DNA of 64,000 nucleotides, taken from NCBI GenBank assembly GCA_951406725.2, contig OX597827.1:57350001-57414000 (forward strand), in the 5' to 3' direction. Shown piece by piece: positions 42,275 through 55,139 of the stretch; position 1 is the stretch's first letter; each line of letters starts with the position of its first letter. The position numbers and the translations under genes are program-made. Origin of the DNA: Octopus vulgaris. Lineage: Eukaryota. The notes beneath the pieces were generated by a model. The model did not search any database, was not told the origin of the DNA, and worked only from the letters and a program-made list of their open reading frames with translations.

Positions 42275-44602
42275 GTATGTATGTATGTGTTGTTTATCTA
42301 TATATCTCTGTCTTTCTCTCCTGTCAATTTCCAACTAGCCACACCAAACAAAAATAGAAGAGGAAAAAAAAAATCAACGACAGTAGCCTGAATCCCATTT
42401 TCAGTCTCATTATAACGGCTGTTGTTGTTAACTGGATGGAAATAATTAATTTACTAGAGAGTGATAATAAATCTCGTAGTTTGTTTGCTGCGGGTGGTTC
42501 CTTTCATTATGAGATATTGGATATAAAAGCTCTTTATTTTATATCCATTATGCTAACAATCCATCGTTTGTCAATCTCCATTGTCGCTGACAATCTGTTT
42601 CTCCGTTAATTCTATATGCATCGTTAAATATTAGTCTGCTTTGTCTTGCTGTGTTAGTTCAGTAAAATGTATCTGGCTACTACGTATAGTTTAAAGATTA
42701 ACTAAATACGATCTGGTTTGGAGATCACGACAAACTTGCGTCATTCTTGTTACAGGATATATGTATTAGCAACAGGGGCAATATTAATACCAAGAGGTAA
42801 TATTTATCCCCACTTAAACGTGGATGTTCTATTAGAACAGACTATACTGCGGTAGTAACTATGAGAGAAACTCTCATATTGGCTTTTGGTGTAAAATACA
42901 CCCTTCTTTATAGTGCTAGCAAGGAGATAAATCCTCGCCATCTCTAGCGCCGAGACCACCAGATCATGTAATTTCGACCTTGTCTGGCCTTGTCAATGAT
43001 GGACACTCAACCACTAGAGTCTCTGTATGTATGTGTCTTTGTATTTATGTTTACCCCTCCCCCACAGCTTGATAACTGATGTTGGCTTATTTATATCCCC
43101 GAAACTTAGAGGTTCGGCAAAAGATGCCAGGTTTAAAACAAAATAAGTACTGGGGTCGATTCGTTCGACTAAAACCCTTCGAGGCGGTGCCCCCACCATA
43201 GCCGCAGTCCAATCACTGAAGCATGCAAGTGATAAAACATAAGGATGAGAACAAACCAGCATCTAAGTTATTAATTCATGTTAAAAAGCACCAGTTTGAC
43301 AATGCCGAAATTTCATTGAATTAAAACTGCGTTTAGAATGCAGTTGAAAGGCGCAGGAGTGGCTGTGTGGTAAGTAGCTTGCTAACCAGCCACATGGTTC
43401 CGGGTTCAGTCCCACTGCGTGGCATCTTGCGCAAGTGTCTTCTGCTATAGCCCCGGGCCGACCAATGCCTTGTGAGTGGATTTGGTAGACGGAAACTGAA
43501 AGAAGCCTGTCGTATATATGTATATATATATATGTGTGTATGTGTGTGTTTGTGTGTCTGTGTTTGTCCCCCTAGCATTGCTTGACAACCGATGCTGGTG
43601 TGTTTACGTCCCCGTCACTTAGCGGTTCGGCCAAAAGAGACTGATAGAATAAGTACTGGGCTTACAAAGAATAAGTCCCGGGGTCGATTTGCTCGACTAA
43701 AGGCGGTGCTCCAGCTTGGCCGCAGTCAAATGACTGAAACAAGTTAAAAAAAAAAAGAATCTTGATCGGAAGGAGGCCAACTTCAGACGTGTTCCATTCT
43801 CGTTAGACACATTTTATTTTTTATTTAGGCACCCTTTTCAAGCCTAGCCAGGCTCATGGGCCTGGTTTCCCGGTTTCTATGGCGTATGTATTCCTCCCAG
43901 CTGGGCGGGACGCCAGTCCATCGTAGCGTTACTCAAGAAGCAGGAAGAAAGAGTGAGAGAAAGTCGGGGCGAAAGAGTACAACAGGGGCCGCCACCACCC
44001 CTCGTGGAGCTTTAGGTGTTTTCGCTCAATAAACACACACACATCGTCCGGTCTGGGAATCGAAACCGCGAGTCCGCTGCCCTAACCACTGGACCATTGC
44101 ACCTCCACCGTTAGACACATCAGTGAACCATAATGTGTCACTGCACGATCTTAGAATGACTAGAGAAACCGGAGAATTTTTGAGGGAGAGGTGTCGTCAA
44201 TGAATGTTGTTGGTTTAATATTTTAAAAAATGATTGGATGGCGGGATGAGTGAATACTTTAAATGAACCTATTATAGTCTGGGTTGCGACTATAAGAGGT
44301 TCATATATCCAAAATTAGGGAATGGAGTAGATAAAATCTAGGCTACATATGCTTCATAGCAGAACTTCGAAAACAGTAATTACGCAAAGGAGGGGCAATC
44401 CGCTAGCTACCAATCCCAGCTGATAACCGTGAAGGATAAAATAACTTTTTTTCAGTTTAGCGAACTGCCATATGAGAAAAAAATTTACAACCTTATGCGT
44501 CAACAAACCACCATTGTCCCTGAAAGTTGTTTTTTATACCTTCTACGGACTGCTCGATGCTTACAAAGTTCCTGCACCTTGATCCTTGGATCTTACCTTT
44601 AT

Positions 44603-44633
<31 letters not shown>

Positions 44634-44641
44634 TGCATACA

Positions 44642-44673
<32 letters not shown>

Positions 44674-44931
44674 ATATAAATGATATATAAATATATGCAT
44701 ATATACGTACATATATGTACATACCTACATCTATATGTATATATACATGCATATATGGGTACAGGACATAAAAAAAACGTTAAACACAATGAGAAACGAA
44801 AACATCAAAACAAAAGCATAGAAACGAACTTTTTTCAAACAACGAAAAAAACAAAGAAACTAGACATGCAACATAAGGAATATTCCCCTTCTTCAGTTGT
44901 CCTTGTTTCATCTACTCCGCATTTATATATT

Positions 44932-45012
<81 letters not shown>

Positions 45013-45186
45013 ATATATGTGTGGTAAAATAACAGGAAAGGTTAGTGTAAGATTATATGTCAGAGTCGTATAAGATCAGATTAAGTTGTTTATTTTCTGA
45101 GAATCTTTATCCTTCCTTTTCTCACTTCAACGCGTAAATCATTTTCCGAATTCTCTTTTCTATACTTCTCTTTCTCACATTTTCAT

Positions 45187-45324
<138 letters not shown>

Positions 45325-46319
45325 GTCTGTCTGTCTCTCTGTCTGTCTGTCTGTCTATCTATCTGACTGTCTCTATCTCTTTCTCTATTTGTTTATCTAT
45401 CGATCTATCCAGCTCGTTAGCTGTTCGTCCTTTCTCCTACTTCATGCTTCTTAGCAGTTCTGCCATTTCCGTCATCAACTTGAAGGTGTGTGATAAACCC
45501 TGCTGAATGGCGGCTGAACAAATACTGAACACGATTTATGCACACTTCTGTGTTGTAAAATAATCATCGTTTGGTCGCTTAACGGCCGACCAAAACGATG
45601 ATCATATCCGGTTACACTTGAGTCGGCCAATTCTCTTTCAGCGGGTGAGACGAGGAGAAGGCAGCAAATTGATTCAATGTGCAAACAAATCAACGTTGAG
45701 TGCCATCGCCGTGGTCAAACAACCGGTATTAAAGCAGCCATGGACGACAATCGAACTGAAGATGTTGACTAGAATATAACTCTTCGACTTGTTTCGGTTT
45801 TCCATTTTCCAATTTCTATTTTTTTTTTCGTTTTTTTCCTTCTTTTTCTTTTGCTCATTTATTCATTTATTTTGATAGGGATGAGAGGAAAAATAAAAAT
45901 ATCAATTCCATGCATTCTCATAAGGCCTCTTGAGAAATGGAAATATTGTAAATTTAAAAACAAAGAATTGTTGTGACAATGAAGTTGTTCTTATTTTAAT
46001 TCTTAAATTCTTATATTCTTAAATTCATTTTTTATTACATACTCGAACGTCATGATCTCTATAGTTCTTCTCTATTTCCTTTCTTGTTTCTTTTTTTTTA
46101 TATCATTGCTATGTTTTGCTTTTCCGTTGTTATCTTATATTTTTTTCTGCGTTTCTGTTCTTTTCTTCTCATCTGCCTTTCTGCGATTCTCCTTATCTTT
46201 TCAACAACTTTATTTAGGTTTATTGATAACATCTTTATTTCACGACTTTCTTTTCACCCACAAATATTCCACTTTCTGTCCTCAGTTTTACTTTTTCTCC
46301 TCAGACTCGTTTTCCAGTT

Positions 46320-46610
46320 TTCCCATTCCTCCTCCTCCTCCTTCTCCTCCTTCTCCTCTTTTCTTCTTCTCTTTCTTCTACTCCTTCTTCTCCTCTTCCT
46401 CCCGCTTCTTCTTCACTATCTACTTCTCCTTATCTTTGATCTCCTCTTTCTTCTTCTTCTTTTTCTTCTTCTTCTTCTTCTTCTTCTTCTTCTATCCTTC
46501 TCCTCCCCTTCTTTTTCTTCTTCTTCTTCTTCTTCTTCTCCTTCTCCTCCCCCTTCTTCTTCTCCTCCTTCTCCTCCCCCTTCTTTTTCTTCTCCTTCTT
46601 CTTCCTTTCG
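46320..46610. repeat. (CTT/CCT)n polypyrimidine tract
   Basis: Visible; gives spurious F/L/S-rich ORFs. Confidence 0.9.
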
Positions 46611-47712
46611 TGTTTAAGCAAATTTTGAAACAGGATTTACCTTAGACCGAAATGCAAGGAAAATCCACCGATGAAAGCTGAACAGAATACAAATAATCTA
46701 ATCCAACGGGATGGGAAGTAGATACAGCAACGAGCAGAAATATGTAGCTAAAATACTTAGTAATTCCCAAAATGACTGCCAAAACACTTTCATCTGGTGA
46801 TTTTCCCATCCATCAAAGTATCTTACATCCTGCTAAAGACGATGTTACAGTTTGGCGGATTAGATTCCGTCACGCAAGCTTCAATCACGAATGCTTGAAT
46901 CGAGAATTGTGAATTCTTATTCAGCTGAAAGTAGTGAGTTGTTTTCTTGGCCATAAGCAGTGAACTCTTCTTACCTCAGCTTAGCTAAGTACCTATTCGT
47001 TTGAAAAGCTGACCAACCATAGGCTAGCCCTCAATCCTACAAAATGACTTAAATCACCCATCTGTTCAAAGCCTAAACTGCAACCAGAGAAAGGTACAGA
47101 AATTATGAACTATAGCAAAAGAATTTCACTAATATTATCTATTGTTGTACTGTTTCAAAGATCTGTGTTCTTCATAACATCTGAAATATTTTAATTTACT
47201 TCCAAAACACCAAAAAGTTAATATCAACGATCAAATACTTTTATATATAGATAACGATGCACACAAATTCCTTTCTTTTCTTCTTAATTTTATTCAAATT
47301 CTTTGCTTTGAAAGCTCTTTGCATTCATCACTCATTAATGCCTCGATATACGAAGTTAATTTGTTCCCGGAGATGGCTCATAAAGCGAAAACTCGTAAAG
47401 CAGGACAATAGTAGCAATGAAAGTTTATGCAGTCATTTTATTCCGTCGCTGTATAGACGCATCAGAACCAGTGTTGTCACACACACACAAAATAGCTTTT
47501 TGAACTTTTTATATTTTTTCCAGTTATTTGAATGTGGCCATGCTGGAGCACCGTCTTTAGTCGAGAAAATCGACCCCAGGACTTATTCTTTGTAAACCTA
47601 GTACTTATTCTATCGGTCTCTATTGCCGAACCGCTAAGTTACGAGGACGTAAACACACCAGCATCGGTTGCCAAGCGATGTTGGGGGGACAAACACAGAC
47701 ACACAAACATAT

Positions 47713-47748
<36 letters not shown>

Positions 47749-47780
47749 TTTATTTTAAGCAGCAGAAAATTCAACAAAAT

Positions 47781-47818
47781 CTGTTACTCTGAGTTTCTCG
47801 TTGCCGTTCATCAGACAG
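47781..47818 (-). ncRNA. Hammerhead ribozyme, inverted copy
   Basis: Exact reverse complement of 49144-49181. Confidence 0.7.
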
Positions 47819-48372
47819 TTTTTGCTAGAATGGAACATATATATTAATTCAATCTATACTCTTACAAACGCTACACCTTTAAAAAGAAATGGACTTGTTT
47901 GATTGGCCCTTTAGAAAAAACGGTCAATCTTCGAGCGATAAACAAAAAGGTCAAAAATATATGTATATGTGCAGGCTCTGCTTATTAGAAAAAATGCATA
48001 TATTATTCAAAGACAATAATTCTTTGAATCAAAGAAGTGAATTAATGAACTTATGTAGGCACACGGCTAAATTTAAAATGTCGAATATAAATATACCATA
48101 TGGATAGAGTATATATTTTGTATTTTGATTTTTTGATTTTGATTTTGACTCTTGAGCGCTACGACGGAACTATAGCAAAGTCTTATTGTTTCTACATATA
48201 TATTAGGAAAAACCTACAAACTTTGTTTTCATGTTATTGTATTGCATAAGATTACCTTGATTATTTATATTACCTTGATTATTTATAAATGACCCAAAAT
48301 AGGATGTTATATTTTATTTTATATGTCTTTCGTATATATTTTTATTAATGCACCCATTTTTTAAAAGCAATG

Positions 48373-48403
<31 letters not shown>

Positions 48404-49143
48404 AAGCAATGTTGTCAAATTTAGAATGTTTATATAAGTTTGTATATAGCAAAGCATATATATTTGTAAGCATGCGTATCTGTGTATGTGTAAGTGAAAA
48501 TATGCTTGTGCTTAAGCACGCATACACACGACGGTATGTATATGTATCAAGTCAAACTTGTGTATGTATACTGGCCTCTATAGATGTCAATAATATCGCT
48601 ACAAGTTTTCCCCACCCCTCCTTCGTTTCTTTTTTTTTTTTTTTTTCTCTCTTTCCCTTTCTTTCGTTCCCCCTCCTTGCTCAGTATATGAGAATTGCTA
48701 CATAGATGAATTTTAGCTTGCGTGCGAGACGGTTTGCGTGAATATATGTACACATGCTTTTATGTGTATAATTTAGATTCATATTCATACGTCTGTATAT
48801 GTATGTATGGCGTTTACGCGCATCCTTTTGTGTATGTTGATATATATATGTGGATTTTAATATAAATATGTATTGCAGTATTTATAACAGGTTTAATTTC
48901 TATGCATTAATTTGTACTGTCTTCATTAACGGCAATAGGTTTTTTCCTCGGTTTTTTCCTCGGATTTTATAATTTTATAAGTTTTTTATATATATATACA
49001 TATATTTTTGACCTTTTTGTTTATCGCTCGAAGATTGACCGTTTTTTCTAAAGGGCCAATCAAACAAGTCCATTTCTTTTTAAAGGTGTAGCGTTTGTAA
49101 GAGTATAGATTGAATTAATATATATGTTCCATTCTAGCAAAAA

Positions 49144-49181
49144 CTGTCTGATGAACGGCAACGAGAAACTCAGAGTAACAG
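49144..49181 (+). ncRNA. Minimal type I hammerhead ribozyme
   Basis: CTGT-CTGATGA-aCG GCAA CGa-GAA-ACTCAGAGT-A|ACAG: canonical core, stem I CTGT/ACAG, very short stem II with GNRA loop, stem III ACTC/GAGT, GUA triplet. Confidence 0.75.
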
Positions 49182-49285
49182 ATTTTGTTGAATTTTCTGC
49201 TGCTTAAAATAAAGCATATTACTCTACCACTGGTATTTGAGTACTCTTTTTTCCACCTTGTTTCACATTTATGTGTTTACTCCGG

Positions 49286-49327
<42 letters not shown>

Positions 49328-49887
49328 CAACAGGCTTCTTTCAGTTTCCGTCTACCAAATCCACTCACAAGGCTTTGGTTGACCTGAGGCTATAGAAGAC
49401 ATTTGCCCAAGGTGCCACACAGTGGGACTGAACCCGGTCCCATGTGGTTGGTAAGCAAGCTACATACCACACAGCCTCTCCTGCGGCTATATTTATTATA
49501 AAATAAAAAAGGTGGCGAGCTGGCAGAAACGTTAGCGTGTCGGGTGAAATGCGTAGCCGTATTTCGTCTGCCATTACGTTCTGAGTTCAAATTCCGCCGA
49601 GGTCAATCTTGCCTTTCATCCTTTCGGGGTCGATAAATTAAGTACCTGTTACGCACTGGGGTCGATGTAATCGACTTAATTCCTTTGTCTGTCCTTGTTT
49701 GTCCTCTCTGTGTTTAACTCCTTGTGGGCAAAAATGAAATATATATTTATTATAAAATAAAACTCATAAACCTGGGGGTCTCGTAATGTGGATTCTCGTA
49801 AAATGAGATAAACAAAAACGCGAGGACGTGGTACAAGTACTATATCATCAGACGTTCAGGAAAGGAAGGAAAGAGGATTTAGCGTTT

Positions 49888-50083
49888 TTAGCAGGAGAGG
49901 GTCTTTCTCCGTCCGGGTTGCGGATCCGTGGAATAAACTGCCGGACGAGATAGTGAAGATGCCGACGACCGCTCGGTTCAAAGTCTCTTTTGACCAGAAA
50001 TGGCCTGAACTCTTTGCATGAACACCCCTGTACATAACTCCATGTCCCCCTACATGACCTTGCTTTTTGCTTTTTGAGCCAAA
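49888..50083 (+). mobile_element. CR1/L2-type LINE 3' fragment
   Basis: Encodes SFSVRVADPWNKLPDEIVKMPTTARFKVSFDQKW (F..RV...WN.LP..V......FK..LD pattern) plus short 3' UTR; homologous to 54657-54960. Confidence 0.8.
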
Positions 50084-50514
50084 GCTCTTCTTCAGAAATA
50101 GAGGAAAGTCCAAAGGAAGGGAAGACGGAGGAAGAAAATTGCCAACGATACACACGTGATTACATTTTGAAATGACCGGAAGGGAATGGGTGATTAAAAA
50201 ATATGTATAGGTATGATAATGCAAACAGAAAAAATAGAACCCAAAATATATTTTGATATTTAGCAGAAACAACAGAGTGACTCTAGGGCCGAGAGTGTCG
50301 TGCGTTAGCACTTTTCAGACAAGTTACAATAATTCGTTTTTTTTAAAATAGTCTGGCCGTTATGCCGTTCAGTAAATAAATACATAAATGAACAAATCAT
50401 AGAAATGTGTGCATACTTACACACATAAAAGGGAATGCTGGGAAATATAAATACAGTGTGTGTGTGTGTGTGTGTCCTTGTAAGTTTGGATTTTATTCCC
50501 TGAAATAATAATTG

Positions 50515-50575
<61 letters not shown>

Positions 50576-50594
50576 TGCGTGATTACCATTTTTA

Positions 50595-50710
50595 AAGCAT
50601 TTAAACACGTTTTTAAGTGATAAAAACTTCCAGGTCCAAACCAGATGTGGAATCAGCTTTCAAAGATTTCTTAGCATCAAAGCCAATAAGTTTTTATCAA
50701 CGAGGCACAA
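50595..50710 (+). mobile_element. Mariner transposase C-terminal fragment
   Basis: HLNTFLSDKNF...DVESAFKDFLASKPISFYQRG resembles the mariner C-terminus; cut off by a family C SINE. Confidence 0.6.
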
Positions 50711-51088
50711 AAGGCGGCGAGCTGGCAGAACCGTTAGCACGCCGGACGAAATGCGTAGCCGTATTTCGTCTGCCGTTACGTCCTGAGTTCAAATTCCGCC
50801 GAGGTCGACTTAACCTTTCATCCTTCCGGGGTCGATAAATTAAGTACCAGTTACGCACTGGGGTCGATATAATCGACTTGATTCGTTTGTCTGTCCTTGT
50901 TTGTCCCCTCTGTGTGTAGCCCCTTGTGGGTAGTAAAGAAATAGAAGCACAAATAATCTTGTTGATCGATGGCAGAGATACACAGATGTTCACGGCTCAT
51001 ACTTTGACTAATCAAAACATTTCAATTGTTAATTTTTCCAGAATAAGATTATGTTTCTGAAATCGCTATTTATTTTCGGAAGAACCTA

Positions 51089-51140
<52 letters not shown>

Positions 51141-51227
51141 ACACACACTAACAGGCGCACACGCACATCTATATCATAGGTAAATGTTTACAGTTAAGCT
51201 TTTTATAGTGTGGTATTGTAGGGAGGT

Positions 51228-51459
51228 GGGCGGCGAGATGGCAGAATCGTTAGCACGCCGGGCGAAATGCTTAGCGGTATTTCGTCTGCCGTTACGTTCT
51301 GAGTTCAAATTCCGCCGAGGTCGACTTTGCCTTTCATCCTTTCGGGGTCGATAAATTAAGTACCAGTTTTGCACTGGGGTCGATGTAATCGACTTAATAC
51401 CCATGTCTGTCCTTGTTTGTCTCCTCTATGTTTAGCCCCTTGTGGGTAATAAAGAAATA
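51228..51459 (+). mobile_element. Young family C SINE with 17-bp TSD
   Basis: ggtattgtagggaggtg repeated exactly on both sides. Confidence 0.9.
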
Positions 51460-51632
51460 GGTATTGTAGGGAGGTGACAATTTTCAAAATTTATCTCGTG
51501 TCACCTCTGATGCGTGTGTTACAGGGAGGGTTCACCATCACTGTCCTATGTACTACCATCGATATATTATTTGAAAAACAAATTCCCTATTCGTTTTATT
51601 GATTTTTCTTTTACAATTTTGCTTCATTTCAG

Positions 51633-51690
51633 ATATAAGCTTACCTAAGGAATGGGGCAGTGTTATTAAGAGAGCCATTCAAAAGAAAGG
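51633..51690 (+). CDS. Probable coding exon (58 nt, phase 1-2)
   Basis: ttttgcttcatttcAG|...AAAGG|gtaaat; one open frame only: (D)ISLPKEWGSVIKRAIQKK(G). Confidence 0.6.
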
Positions 51691-51828
51691 GTAAATACAT
51701 TTTCTTTCTTCATATTATTTCCTTAGATTGTTCGGTAATGTTTTCTTCAAATTCTCGTCTTGTTCTTCATCTCTCTCGTCTCTTTTTTCCCTCTGTCTTA
51801 CTTCCTTTCTTTTTCTCCCTCACCCCTC

Positions 51829-51889
<61 letters not shown>

Positions 51890-52345
51890 ATAAATACAAT
51901 CATGTGTTTGTGTGATTGGATTCTGCATAGTTTCCGTCCAACAGTCACACTCATCAACTAATGAGTAATCCCAATCTATGGTAGAAAACACTTATCCAGA
52001 ATGCTTCGCTATGGGATCGAGCCTTGAACCTCCTGAATGCGAAACGAACTTCTTTTCCACACAGCCATGCATACATTTATGTGTTTCAGAATCTCTCCCA
52101 GTATTTCCAATTAAAATACAAACATAGCATTATCATAATCATGCACAACGGAAAAACTGACACAGCTGATATTGTGCCCGGTCTTTTGCACTGAGAATTT
52201 AATTCTAACAAGGTCAAGGTCATCTTTATCTTTTATGCTCATCGATTCGATAAATAAAATACTAGTCCAGTACAGATATAAACTTTGTCTCAATAGTATT
52301 GTTTATAAATATACACGGTAAATACATTTTATCTTTTAAATAATA

Positions 52346-52735
52346 CTAGCAGTATCGCCCGGCGTTGTTCGGGTTTGTTTCGACCCTTTAGAAATGGAAA
52401 TTTTGAAAAGTAATTTTGCATTATGTAGCTTGTTATTCTCTTTAAGTAAACATTTTTCTGGTTGAAATACACCGAAAAATGGCGACACGGCAGTCAAAAA
52501 ATCGTAAAAAAATGGGGATTTTCATAGAAAAAAAAACACCTTTTTGATGTAAATAATTTTTGGTGTTAACATAGTCCGATTTGAATATTTTCTTCTACGG
52601 AAAGAAGAGCAAGCCTTCTTCTATCATACTCTCAATTTTGGTCAACTTGCGCCGCAGGGTCTTGGAGGAGATAGTGTTAGTTGAAGGCTACCAAACCTGC
52701 CATACACAGACAACTTCAGCTTTATGTATATAACT
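52346..52735 (-). mobile_element. Non-autonomous Helitron-like element
   Basis: On the minus strand it ends CCCGaacaacgcCGGG (hairpin) + cgatactg + CTAG followed by T; other end resembles a degenerate TC-TATATA..AAAG start; no TSD seen. Confidence 0.65.
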
Positions 52736-54656
52736 ATATTATCGAGAGCAGCAATATTAATTCCGGTAGGTAATATTTATTCCCACCTGAACGTGGATGT
52801 TCTGCTAGAACAAACTTTACTGCAGTAGATACCACGAGAGAAATTCTCAGAGTGGATTTTTGGTGCAAAATACAAGCTTGTTTATATCGATAGCGGGGAG
52901 AAAAACCTCCGCTACTTCCAGCACCGAGACCACTAAATAATATCAGTTAGACCTTGTTTGGTTTTGTCAATGATGGATACTCGACTGCTAGCGGCAGCAG
53001 CGATTCCTCTCCTCGCCCGTGATATGTAGATTGACAGTGCCAGAAGAGGCGCCGGCGTCACGATTAGCCAGTTAGCTTCTCTCTCTCTCTCCACCCCTCC
53101 CCTCTCTCTATCTCTGTTTCCCTCTCTCCCTTCCTCCTCTCTCTCCGTCTCCGTTTTTTCTCTCTCTTTCTTCCTTTTTTTTGTCTGCCTCTGGAAAACA
53201 TTGGCTCTGTACAGACTTAAAGACGCATTTACTCCACCAGGTTTAAAACGCTTAAGTCATATTGGGTACGGCTTCTTGTGACTCCATTGCATATGGCGGT
53301 CAACAATTCCATAAGGTGTTCAGTAAAAATAGTACTAAAGTTAACTACAGCATTAAAAAAAAATAATCATGACTAATACCATACAGATCCACAATACGGA
53401 AATGTTGTAACCAAACGTAACGCGAAGACAGGCATCAAGGTGTTGCTGAAACATAGTTTTGCTCCCTTAATGGCGAAAGCCTTGAGAAAATCATTGTCAA
53501 TTAATCTGATGTCTCATTTGACGAACCATCACCAAGCTGTATATAGCTCTAAAAGGCACTCTTCGAAAGGTCACCTGTGCAAATATAACTGGTTGTTCAG
53601 TCGTAGCTCCCCCAGAAAACCTCACGCCACGTTCATAGAACATACGGAACAACTATTATATAAAGAGGAATCAAATTCATTTTATTTAAAGAATAGTAAA
53701 GGTAAGGTAAAGTTCTGCTTTATATTTAAGAGATAAGGAATTATGTACATTATTTACATTAGTGGAAGCACTCCGTCGGTTACGACGATGAGGGTTCCGG
53801 TTGATCCGAATCAACGGAACAGCCTGCTCGTGAAATTAACGTGTAAGTGGCTGAGCACTCCACAGACGCGTGTACCCTTAACGTAGTTCTCGGGGATATT
53901 CAGCGTGACACAGAGAGTGACAAGGCCGGCCCTTTGAAATACAGGTACAACAGAAACAGGAAGTAAGAGTGAGAGAAGGTTGTGGTGAAAGAGTACAGCA
54001 GGGATCACCACCATCCCTGCCGGAGCCTCGTGGAGCTTTAGGTGTTTTCGCTCAATAAACACTCACAACGCCCGGTCTGGGAATCGAAACCGCGATCCTA
54101 TGACCGCGAGTCCGCTGCCCTAACCACTGGGCCATTGCGCCTCCATTATTTACATTATGGAGGGTATGGCAGGCTGGAGAGTATATCAGCCGAAACGTTG
54201 TGTTAACAACAAACAAGATGAGGACAAGTATCCGTCGAATGTAAATAATGTAAAAAATGTAAGGTAAAGTTATCTTCTTGAGTCATGTCGACTGATCACG
54301 GCCGGTTTCCCGGTTTCATGGCATATATATTCTTCGTCTGGACGTAAAACCGGCCCGTTAAGGGATTAGTCATTTTTACCAGTTGAGTGGACTGTGGAGC
54401 CACGTGAAATGAAGTGCTTTGCTCAAAAACACAACACGTTGCCCGGTCCAGGAATCGAAACTACTATCTCGCGATCGTGAGTCCAACACCCGAACCACTA
54501 AGCGACGCGCCTCCGAAGTTGTAACTTCGTGAATGCGTCATTAAAAACTAATAAAATACAACGATGCATGCATCACAATTCACTACATTTAATTCTACCA
54601 AGGTCAAGGTCATCTTTATCTTTTATCCTCTTCGATTTGATAAATAAATCTTTCAC

Positions 54657-54960
54657 TTAGTTAGTTAGTTAGTTAGTTAGTTAATTTGGCTCAAAAGCAA
54701 ATAGCAAGGCAATGTAGGGGGACATGGAGTTAAGTACAGGGTGGTGTTCATGTAAAGAGTTCAGGCCACTTGAGGTCAAGGGAGGCTTTGAACAAAGCGG
54801 TCGTCGGCATCTTCACCATCTCGTCTGGCAGCTTGTTCCACGGATCCGCAACCCGGACGGAGAAAGCTCCTCTCCTTCGATTGAGATGAAATCGTCGCAG
54901 GTAGAGCTTTTCGGAATGACTCCGCAGCCGACGCTCTGGAGCAGGAGTGAAGAACAGCTC
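54657..54960 (-). mobile_element. CR1/L2-type LINE 3' fragment with (TAAC)n tail
   Basis: Minus translation AFSVRVADPWNKLPDEMVKMPTTALFKASLDLKWPELFT*; tail seen as (ttag)n at 54657-54683. Confidence 0.8.
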
Positions 54961-55139
54961 TTTCGAAAGGTTACACTTTCCGCTTATGATGTGGGCGAGA
55001 ATAACTATGTATTTGTCGCGCAGAAGGCATCGCTGGGGAAATATTCCAATGTCTTCCAGTGTGTGAAAACCCAGCAGAAACTATAAACTGACTCATTCTT
55101 TTCAATACTTTTTCTTTTCTTTTTTTTTCTTTTTACTAG

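Larger units (their letters stand above)
47748..49286 (+). mobile_element. 5'-truncated PLE with 5' inverted terminal repeat, inserted in the (TA)n of a family B SINE
   Basis: 47748-47968 is the reverse complement of 48994-49214 (221 bp). 47968-48107 encodes CRLCLLEKMHILFKDNNSLNQRSELMNLCRH, a PLE GIY-YIG C-terminal pattern. SINE halves lie at 47520-47747 and 49287-49490. Confidence 0.85.

Noticed and set aside
46052-46645. 197-aa hydrophobic, membrane-protein-like ORF
   Set aside because: Arises from T-rich and (CTT)n low-complexity sequence.
48685-48716. Strong acceptor followed by (V)YENCYIDEF*, a tempting terminal exon
   Set aside because: Lies inside the PLE insertion that splits a SINE, so it is not an ancestral host exon; exonisation cannot be excluded without RNA data.
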